Origin: Macrostomum lignano | Taxonomy: Eukaryota | NCBI GenBank assembly: GCA_002269645.1 | Contig: NIVC01004473.1 | Span: forward strand, 1 to 44,773 | Direction: 5' to 3' | Length of the DNA stretch: 44,773 nt | Part shown: positions 12,960 through 23,300 of the stretch, one piece after another | How positions within the stretch are numbered: position 1 is the first letter of the stretch | How the letters are laid out: each line of letters begins with the position of its first letter | Translations under genes and position numbers: made by a program | Notes under the pieces: model-generated | Told to the model about the DNA's origin: nothing | What the model saw: only the letters and a program-made list of their open reading frames with translations | Databases searched by the model: none

Positions 12960-13604
12960 CAGATAGATGGATATCCAGATACATACAAACTAAAAAAACA
13001 GATAGCCAGACGGACAGGCAGACAAAGACAAACCTTGTGGCGCCGGTGCACCCGCTTATAATAGCTGAGATCGTTGGTCATGGTGGGAGTCTTCATTTTG
13101 ACCTCGTCAAACTTGATAACAAAGTCAATGATGAGGGCGAACTGCGTGAACAGAGCCTGCTGCTGCTCAAGATGCTCTTTAGCGGTCTTCTCAGCTGAGC
13201 ACAGCGACTCAAGCAGGCTGCTGATGAGGGTCTCCAACTCCTGGCCGAAGCTGTAGGCCTCCTGCAGGCGGCGGACGAGGTCCTGCACGCTGGCCCAGGC
13301 CCGTTCCTGCAGCTCCTCATTGTTGGGATCTGTGAGAGCATTCCGAATCTCGTTAGCGGCGCCTGGATACTCGCGCATCGAGCGCATGATCTCGTCTGTG
13401 CGGGCCAGCACGGCCACGGCGCTGGCATAGTGAGCCTGCTCGGCCTCGGTCGGCTCGGCGACTGGAGGGCGAGAATATGCGGTTGAGCGACTGTGCCCTA
13501 TTGTGTCTGCTTTTTTAATCTGACGCTTTTTCAAATATATATACATTGTGAGCTGATGGACACAATGAAAGATAATAAAGCATTAGGTGACAGACAAAAA
13601 ATAC

Positions 13605-13646
<42 letters not shown>

Positions 13647-13698
13647 GCTAAGACAGACACAAAGACAGACAGACAGACAGACAGATAGACAGACACAA

Positions 13699-13737
<39 letters not shown>

Positions 13738-13850
13738 TAGACAGACACAAAGACAGACAGACAGACAGACAGACACTAAGACAGACACTAAGACAGACAG
13801 ACAGACAGACGGATAGACAGACAGACAGACAGACGGATAGACAGACACAA

Positions 13851-13881
<31 letters not shown>

Positions 13882-13938
13882 TACTAAGACAGACACTAAG
13901 ACAGACAGACAGACAGACAGACGGATAGATAGACACAA

Positions 13939-14007
<69 letters not shown>

Positions 14008-14267
14008 GGCAGACAGACAGACAGATAGATAGACACAAAGACAGACAGACAGACAGACAGACAGACGGACAGACAGACAGGCAGACAGACACAAAGACAC
14101 TAAGACAGACACAGACAGACAGACAGGCAGACAGACAGACAAAGACAGAAATATGATTCAGCCAGAACTCAGGCCCTCAGCAACTCACACTCCATATCGA
14201 TGAAGACATCGGAGGACCTGTCGGCGCCGCCGTCCGATCTGGTCAGCAGTCGAATCAGGTTTCCCAT
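10090..14267 (-). CDS. FAM49: CYRI/FAM49 family Rac1-interacting protein (330 aa, 4 coding exons)
   Basis: Exons 14267-14189, 13461-13034, 10879-10658, 10353-10090 with canonical phase-matched junctions (993 nt). Motifs [62 protein letters not shown] and [14 protein letters not shown] match FAM49. Confidence 0.93.
10395..10585. repeat. ~38-bp minisatellite in CYRI intron 3
   Basis: About 5 copies of GATTTCCAGATCCCAACTGTAAACTGAGGAACAATGGG. Confidence 0.85.
10955..11835. repeat. 34-bp minisatellite (~25 copies) in CYRI intron 2
   Basis: Unit GCGTATTTCAGTGAGTATTCAGCAACTGTTCAAT, period checked at 11161 to 11195. Two variant units carry CCCTCCCTCTCCCGAC. Confidence 0.95.
12640..12985. repeat. 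(GATA)n microsatellite
   Basis: Long AGAT run with ACAT/AGAC variants. Confidence 0.95.
13590..14150. repeat. (GACA)n microsatellite filling most of CYRI coding intron 1
   Basis: Long AGAC run with interruptions. Confidence 0.95.
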
Positions 14268-14302
14268 TGGCGGCGCTGGCAGTCAGTCAGGTGACGTGGC
14301 GA

Positions 14303-14335
14303 GCTGGAACGCAGGAATAAAATAAACAACTAAAT
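14303..14335 (-). promoter_or_regulatory. 3' splice acceptor 36 nt upstream of the CYRI ATG (cis or spliced-leader trans-splice site)
   Basis: Minus strand TTGTTTATTTTATTCCTGCGTTCCAG|CTCGCC...GCCGCCAATGG. Confidence 0.55.
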
Positions 14336-15109
14336 AACTATCCAATAAAAGGCAGTAATATTTTAGGGCTGACTAAATTGACTAAAATAGTGTTTGAAAA
14401 ACACACAGAGAGGGAGAGAGGTCTGGACAACAGGCAAAACCAAACAGTTAATAAGTTTAAATATAGAGATCTGTGCGCAAGGGTTGGGGCAGAAAATGAA
14501 ACCTGAACGATCCGAATGCGTTCGGGTTGGCCAAAGCACAGGGCTTAGCGAGATGCTAGTAGGTACAAGGAGACAGATGTAAGTAGACAGTCGCAGGCAG
14601 AACATCCACGATGCAGTGCAGTTTTAAGTAGAGGCAAGTACAGCACCACCGTACAGTGCTGCGCATAGCTTGGCGAATTTGCTGCACAAAACTCGCTGAC
14701 AAAAGACAGAGATGAAAGAAGTTTAGAAACTTAATTGTACAGTCAGAACAACATCCACCGATGCCAAGCGAACCCGCCTTTCTGCCAAGCCCCCGCATTA
14801 GGCAGAAAGCCGACTGGACTCCAGGCCAGCTTCCACGCAGGCGCTAACAGTGAATTTTTTTAGAAACAGTTGTGAAGTTCTGAGTTCGGTTTCTCTGCGA
14901 CTTGAAAAAAGACTCAAAAGAAAAAAACTGTTTACTTTATCTATGACGAATGCCCCACCCCTTGCAAAGCCTGTACATTTGTATTTACTGTCTAAGGGCA
15001 AATCTCAGCGCTAAACAGATTACACATCCTTAACCTTTAACAAAAACAACTTGAATAATGCTAGTACTCTGATACGGGATCTGTGGGTTTGGAGGTCAGT
15101 GCTGAGAAC

Positions 15110-15765
15110 TTGGTATGTGTGGAATCTGTCGAGTTAGAGCTCTGTGATGAGCACTCTGTGGTGTGGAATCTGTCGAGTTAGAGCTCTGTGATGAGCACTC
15201 TGTGATGTGGAATCTGTGGAGTTAGAGATCTGTGATGAGCACTCTGTGGTGTGGAATCTGTGGAGTTATAGCTCTGTGATGAGCACTCTGTGGTGTGGAA
15301 TCTGTCGAGTTAGAGCTCCGTGATGAGCACTCTGTGGTGTGGAATCTGTCGAGTTATAGCTCTGTGATGAGCACTCTGTGATGTGGAATCTGTGGAGTTA
15401 GAGATCTGTGATGAGCACTCTGTGGTGTGGAATCTGTCGAGTTAGAGCTCTGTGATGAGCACTCTGTGATGTGGAATCTGTGGAGTTAGAGATCTGTGAT
15501 GAGCACTCTGTGGTGTGGAATCTGTGGAGTTAGAGATCTGTGATGAGCACTCTGTGATGTGGAATCTGTGGAGTTAGAGATCTGTGATGAGCACTCTGTG
15601 ATGTGGAATCTGTGGAGTTAGAGATCTGTGATGAGCACTCTGTGGTGTGGAATCTGTGGGGCTAGAGCTCAATTATGAGCACTCTGTGGTGTGGAATCTG
15701 TGGGGCTAGAGCTCAATTATGAGCACTCTGTGGTGTGGAATCCGTGGGGCTAGACCTGAATGATG
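15110..15765. repeat. 44-bp minisatellite (~15 copies)
   Basis: Unit TGATGAGCACTCTGTGGTGTGGAATCTGTCGAGTTAGAGCTCTG, period checked at 15145 to 15189. Confidence 0.95.
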
Positions 15766-16234
15766 AGCTTAGTGTGAAAATGAAAATCAACTTGGGCCTT
15801 TTTCTCACAATATATATTGCCAGATCTCACTATGTTATCTGGGCTCATTGGCTTTTTTATCTGTGATAATCTGTCAAATACCAGAAGTTATTATGGGGAG
15901 AAATTCTATCATAGATATTCTCAGTAGCTTATTAAATATTACCAGTTAGCATTTCAGGATATTGCTTGGCTTAATGTATTAGGCACCTTACTACTTATAC
16001 ATCTCATATACTACTTTTAGCCTTTGGCATTTTTAAGATTAGATCATAGCACCTATAATATTGCTTTAGTATATATTTTAATATCCTTTTATAGAACTTC
16101 TCCTGAAAATATTTTTATATTCTTTATCCAAGCTACTTTTACAATATATATATACTAGCCTTATATGAGTGTATTTAGCCCCTATATGTATTGCACAATT
16201 GTTGAAGCCTACAAGATGTGTCAGAAGTCTGTAT

Positions 16235-17160
16235 TGATTGCATTTGTAGACTTTTGCAAAGCTTTTGATTTGATCTTCCAACTGGCAAAGATTTGATCTT
16301 CCCTGGCACTTTCATCTGCACTATCATGGACCTCTACGTGGACATGTGTACCTCTTTGTCTAGACTACCAATGGCCCAACCAAAGAATTCCCAACCACCT
16401 TTGGAGTGCTTCAGGGGGTCAGGGGGACACATTGCCTCCCTTTTCTTCATTCTTGCAATCAACTATGTCCTATGGCTATCTTTGCAAGAAGAAGACAGAT
16501 ACATCTTAGCCTCCAGGAGGGGCCATTGGTAACCCACCATCATTCTTGCCACTTTAGCTTATGCTAATGACATTGCTCTAGTATGCAAGGATAAGCTTGC
16601 AGCCCAGCACACCTTAGACAAACTCTGCCTAGAAGCCTTGGGTGTCAGCCTCATTGTCAGCCTCATTGTCAATGGGAGAAAAAAGTGATGCACATTGGCA
16701 TTAGCATTGCACCTAAAAATTAGCATTGCAAAATAATCTCAACCTACCAAGACTTCTTCTGCTACCTGGGTCCATTGATCTTGAATCTTGAAGATATCAT
16801 CACAGGCCAGAAAGTACAAGCCTGGCATGTTGCTATTAAGATCAGCCTATCTTCAGCTCCGCAGTGCCTGATACCCACAAGATCAAGTTGCTCCATGTCA
16901 CAGTCAAACCAATCCTACTCTACAGACTAGAAGCTGTACCAGCAACTACTACCCAGGAAAATGTGCTAAATGGCATCTACTAGGCACTTCTTTGCTATAC
17001 ACTTAGTATCAAATTCTGCGAGACCATCTCAAATTCCAATCTCGACTAGCATATTGGCCTTCTGCCTCTTAGTGTTATCCTGCAATGGCGGCAATAAACC
17101 GTTGCTAGCCACATTCTGCAACAGCATAGTTGCAATGAAGCCAACCCTCTTGCAATGGTG
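16235..17160 (+). mobile_element. Decayed non-LTR retrotransposon (RTE-like) reverse transcriptase fragment
   Basis: Remnant motifs FVDFCKAFD, IASLFFILAINYVL, LAYANDIAL (YADD-like), FCYLG, VKPILLY and ASHIL, with stops and frameshifts. Confidence 0.75.
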
Positions 17161-20100
17161 GCTGCTTCACTTTTTCTTGATCAAAATTTAGTAGCTACTC
17201 TAATTATATATATAGACTATACCAAACTTGAACTTAATCATTTTTATGCTAACTGCATATATACATACATTGATTGGGATTCAGAACTTTGGTCCTACCT
17301 GCTATCTCAGCAATCTGTATATGCCAAGCTATATACCATAGGATATACCAGGCCTCTCAGCTCTCTGTATGCCAATGGTATATACTAGATCCCTTTATCC
17401 ATAGTAAGGAAGATGGCCTTTTTTACAAAAATGTCTAGTACAAAAAAGGATTAGACATATGTCACACAAGCACATTCCAGCACAACAACAAGCAAGAAGG
17501 AAAAATTCTAGTATACATGATGTATGTACATACTCCCAAAGTCTAGGCTTTAACAAATAAACGTTATTATTTTTGCCTTAAAATGGAATTCCTTTAAATG
17601 GAAACATCAATTTTATTTAAAAGCAGCCTTCTTGAGATGCTAGAGCATTTGTATAAGGAGGCAAAGTACAACAAACTGAAAAAACACCTGTTGTACATAT
17701 TTAGTCTAATTTATAGATCATATATTTATTATGAATGGGACACCAATTTAAACTAAAGGCCTATGTTAAAAAATTTGATCCAAAATTAAAAAGCTGAAAA
17801 ATGATATTTTTAATCTAGTAACAATTGTTAAAAGTTTAAGTTTATTAGTTGAAGAACATTATAGATATTCTTTTTGAAATAATAGGAAAAATATAAGCCT
17901 ATAATAGGGCCTAGTAGCTAATATAAACTTTTATGCAGGCAGAAATATCTAGAAATTTATATATCTTAATATCTAAATCTACATTAGCGGCTAGCCTAGG
18001 CCTCCTATATATAGTATAATAGCAAATCTCAGTATCTTAGTATCTTAATAGTACTTTGTAGTCTATATAATATAGGGCCTAGCCTATTGGTGAAAATATA
18101 GGGCCTATATAACTATAAGCTTATAATTTTGTTTAGTTAGGCCTAGGGGCCTATTTGAATTATAGTTTTGCTAGCCATATATTATTAGTTTATTAATTTA
18201 TACTTAATAATCTTTTATTTTATAAATTAAATTTAAACTATTAATTTTATAACTGAATAACCTATATCAATATATTATGCATATGGCCATATTATAAAGC
18301 TTTATATATTATAGCATATCTATAATATACTACCTAGGTCCTATAGCACATCATTTGATATTAGATTAGATGCGTAGTTACCTCAGGTAGGCTAGGCTCT
18401 AGTTTTTATTAGTAAACAACAATTCTGAAGTTCTGGCCTTCTGTTGCTGACAATACTAGGCCTAATGGAATTGGTAATGGGCATAGTAGTGATGGAGCCT
18501 CTTCACGGCAATCGATTCTCGAAGCAGAATCGGTTCAAATTTCCAAGAAAAAAAGCAGTATAACTATTTAACTTTGTTGAATGTTTGACTGCCTTAACAG
18601 CCTCACTTTGCACAATTTTTCACTTTCTTCTTGGCTATTGCCATTCAATAATCACAATTTTAAAGCACTAATATCCCTCTAGTTTAGGAGACTAAAAGTT
18701 ATACTTTACAAATTGCTTCTGGTTCTAGAACCAGAACAAGCAATATGAAGAGCCTCATGATATGATAGTCACAATAATTTTAAATTTATTTGACATTTTT
18801 TACGTTTAAGGCCTCCAAAATTACTGGCTCACGCGTTTAAGACGTATTCATACACATCAAGGACGAGTGAGTGACGACTCTACTTGAGTCGACCTTCGGA
18901 CCTTGGTACACATCCGCATAAATGAATCAAACTTTCGAAACCCACTAGTGAAAATAAAAAACAACTAAACTGACTATTGTGGCCGGTGGGTTGCCATTGC
19001 CACTGTGTGAGAAGACTAATTTTTTGCATGGAATTTTTTAATTTTGTCTACTGTCTGACGGCTTGACGTCAGGAATTTTCCCGTTTGTGGCCCAATTCAA
19101 TTTTCTTGTCCCCATTTCGGTTCCCTATTTTCTATTCATTGGCCCTTTTGCGTCCCTTTTTTGGTTTTGTTAGTTTTTCGCTACTTATCCGGTGTCTTTT
19201 TTGCGCTTGTCCATCGCATGTTTAATTTGTGCCCACCCTTTTGCCCAAAGCCTGCCCCATTGCTTGGATCGCCTTTTGAGGCCTATTTTAACCCCCCCCC
19301 CCGATTTTTCGAGTGCTCTCCCCTCTCCCCTCCTCCTTCCACACCTTAGCCTAACGTCGTGACCCTTAACTTTTACTTTGCTTAACTTTGATATACTTAA
19401 CCACAGCAACTTGCGTTTAACTCAGTTTTATTAGTTCTCCTACGTAGCCCCGCGCCTCGGCGCCCACGAATCTATCTCCGTCGTTAGATAATAACTTAGA
19501 AATTTAGTATAGGTGGATTTTAGTAAACAATACCCTGCTACCTAACTAATAAATCACAATAATAATAATAACCGTTTGGCAACATTCATTCGTTGATCAA
19601 TAAGAGCCCATATAGCTTTATCTTGAGTCATTTGCCCGTGGGGCGTAAAATAACCAAATCGTTCTCATCTCTACGCGAGCTCTGAGGAATTAACGTTTCG
19701 TAATACTACGTATACAGTGGTGGCAGCGCTACTCTACTGACAGTAATCAACCAACTGATGGGTTTTGACCTCTCGGCCCCCTTTTGGGGAAGCCTTCGGG
19801 CCTCAGGTCTCAGGACGCTTTTATCGACATGAGTTAAGGTCGTGTGGACAAACCCCAGAGTCTAGCTGCCTTTGGGCCTAGGCATCACGTACGTATATTC
19901 GAACTGCAAGACAACCCACGGCAGAAAAAATGCGGCCTATATATAGACAAACGTACAGGGCTGCCGCAGATCTTCGCAGATAGTAGACGAGCTGCAACTG
20001 ACATGTCGAAAGTTACGTCGCCAGTGCGTCAGCGTCTCGGCTCAAAATCGTAAAATTGTCCGTAGTGTCCTGCATGTCAGATTTAGAGGAATTGTGCCGC

Positions 20101-20333
20101 TTCACCCCATCTGTAGAGCGTTGGTGGTATGTGGACCAGGGCCCATCACTTTGGCATCGGTCGCAACGGCAGAGACGGCGGCTTGAATGACATCGTCAAC
20201 AGCATCAGCACCAGAGCATCCTCCATGCAAATCCTATATACATGTACCTTCTCACTCGGTATCACGAACAGCTCGATCATTTTATAATTATGTACATGTG
20301 TACGCTAAATAGAGCGTTCATGTCTCAAAGGCA

Positions 20334-20336
<3 letters not shown>

Positions 20337-20380
<44 letters not shown>
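20337..20380. repeat. (TG)n microsatellite
   Basis: About 22 TG units. Confidence 0.95.
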
Positions 20381-20384
<4 letters not shown>

Positions 20385-20385
20385 G

Positions 20386-23300
20386 CACGGGGCATATGTT
20401 GGGCCATACGCATACAACGGGACCCGCGCTGTTGGGCCAAAAAAAATGTTGGAACTGTCCCATCAAGTCCGTCCAACACTTCCAAAAAAGTTACAATAGC
20501 AGCTCAAAAAATACTCTATGGATTCAGCTCGACAGCCTCTTTTTGATGGTGCAACTCATTTTTAATAATTTTACTTTCTGAGTCCATAATTAGGCAAAAA
20601 CTGGCGTCCCAATAATGAAAAATGATACAAAATTCGACCAAATCACTATTGGGACACTGAAATGGCTAATCTGCTCCCGTATATTTTTATTGGTTTTTTC
20701 TCATATTTTTACTAATAGTAGATTTCAAGCGCATTCATTTGCTGCAGTCTTTGTTTCAAGACTTATATACATAGCATACATTAAATACACACATAGCAAA
20801 ACATAGCAAAATACTTTTAAGGGTATTTTATTGTCAAAGGATGGTTCTGGATGGAGATAAACCTAAAGAAATGACAAGGGCTTACATGTACTTCTGACTG
20901 TGATGGGCATCAGTACTCTACACGAACTAAATTGTTAGGACAGTGTTGCAGTGTTGAATACAACAGCCCACTCTTGTTAGGACTCATGCTATTGACTGCT
21001 GCGCGCATTCGATATTCTATAAATTGTTGGGACTGTGTGCTAGAGTGTCGTTTACAAAAGCCCACTCATATTAGGACTTACCCCGTACATGTTAGGACTA
21101 AGCCCTACCCCCCTGTGTACATGGCTCCAATTTACCAGAGTCCCCTTGCTAGTTAAGTGTACATTTATTTTGGTCTATTATTGACGCCACCCCGCAAACG
21201 TACGGTAAAACTAAATTGGCATGTACTCGCTATGCTGAAATCAATGGTCAACTCTGCCTCTGCCATGGCACCCGAGTCACCATGGTATGGAAAGAACAGC
21301 ATGGAATGGCACAGCGAGAAACATGTAAGTGGTATTAAAAAACTTTGTCGGAAACAAGAAGCATTTATATTTAAATGCTATAAAAAATACTGCTCCTGCT
21401 AAGCAGTACCTACCTTTACTTCAGGTATATCACCTTTGATCAACTGCCATGTGGCGTAATTGCCAAAGGATCCGTCGACTTTAACCGGTAGGCTGTAAAA
21501 GCTTTGAGTAAAATTTGACATTTCGTCTGAATCCATTGACATTCAATAGCCTACGTGTCCAACCACAAAAATGATAAGTTTTGTACTTTTAACTCTCAGA
21601 TCCGGTCTTAGCAGATTCTATAGCTATGCATGCAAGGGCCCCTCAGAGGAGATGCTTAAACACTGCAGTGCATTTTTCCTAGCAATTATTGGGACACGAA
21701 GTGTTGGGCCACTGTGTGTGTGTGTCTAGTTTTTTCCGCATTTGTTAAGTCACCTAAAGAACTCAATTAATAAAGGGCTCCAGAACAAATTGATGGGCAA
21801 ACGGATGACACACTGCACAGAGACTTGTTGGGACACATTAAAAACAGCTTATTTTAGAATGGGTACACTTTACTAAAGTAGAATGCTCCTACAGAAAGCT
21901 GCAAGCAAACTAGCATCTTCTGGAGCTGACATGCAGAGAAGAATGATTTTGTCGTCCTTGAAATCACTAAACAGATATGCGAAATCGATCTTTTGCTAAT
22001 CCCACCACAGGTTCCAGTGAAAAGAAGAAACGAAACCCATTGACTAAATTGGCAGTCGACTCAATCGATGCCGCTGCAACGGACCTGTCAGCTTCGAACT
22101 CAGGAGAGCAGCTAATAGTCTACGAGAGTAATGCTAGATGCTGCAGAATGCTTCACAGCATCAAAGTCTTAAGCAGAAGCTTCAATGAAAGGTTAGTTCA
22201 TGCTGTGGCTGCATTCGTTTTCGTGTCTAGAAGCGTTATAACTTTTTGTACTTTTAACTCTCAGATCGGGTCTTAGCAGCTTCTATAGCTATGCATGCAA
22301 GGGCCCCTCAGAGGAGATGCTTAAACACTGCAGTGCATTTTTCCTAGCAATTATTGGGACACGAAGTGTTGGGCCACTGTGTGTGTGTGTCTAGTTTTTT
22401 CCGCATTTGTTAAGTCACCTAAAGAACTCAATTAATAAAGGGCTCCAGAACAAATTGATGGGCAAACGGATGACACACTGCACAGAGACTTGTTGGGACA
22501 TATTAAAAACAGCTTATTTTAGAATGGGTACACTTTACTAAAGTAGAATGCTCCTACAGAAAGCTGCAAGCAAACTAGCATCTTCTGGAGCTGACATGCA
22601 GAGAAGAATGATTTTGTCGTCCTTGAAATCACTAAACAGATATGCGAAATCGATCTTTTGCTAACCCACCACAGGTTCCAGTGAAAAGAAGAAACGAAAC
22701 CCATTGACTAAATTGGCAGTCGACTCAATCGATGCCGCTGCAACGGACCTGTCAGCTTCGAACTCAGGAGAGCAGCTAATAGTCTACGAGAGTAATGCTA
22801 GATGCCAGAATGCTTCACAGCATCAAAGTCTTAAGCAGAAGCTTCAATGAAAGGTTAGTTCATGCTGTGGCTGCATTCGTTTTCGTGTCTAGAAGCGTTA
22901 TAACTTTTTGTACTTTTAACTCTCAGATCGGGTCTTAGCAGCTTCTATAGCTATGCATGCAAGGGCCCCTCAGAGGAGATGCTTAAACACTGCAGTGCAT
23001 TTTTCCTAGCAATTATTGGGACACGAAGTGTTGGGCCACTGTGTGTGTGTGTCTAGTTTTTTCCGCATTTGTTAAGTCACCTAAAGAACTCAATTAATAA
23101 ATGGCTCCAGAACAAATTGATGGGCAAATGGATGACACACTGCACAGAGACTTGTTGGGACACATTAAAAACAGCTTATTTTAGAATGGGTACACTTTAC
23201 TAAAGTAGAATGCTCCTATAGAAAGCTGCAAGCAAACTAGCATCTTCTGGAGCTGACATGCAGAGAAGAATGATTTTGTCGTCCTTGAAATCACTAAATA

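Noticed and set aside
12719-14142. ORFs rich in YLSI or SVCL
   Set aside because: Translations of GATA/GACA microsatellites; only 13034-13461 is a real exon.
15110-15765. GTGATGA in each 44-bp unit as a box C snoRNA array
   Set aside because: No box D (CTGA) partner or terminal stem; it is a plain minisatellite.
18440-18900. Possible decayed coding remnant on the minus strand
   Set aside because: Multiple stops in all frames and no recognisable motif.
19844-20235. CG-rich segment with short ORFs or exon-like pieces
   Set aside because: No recognisable domain or consistent splice partners.
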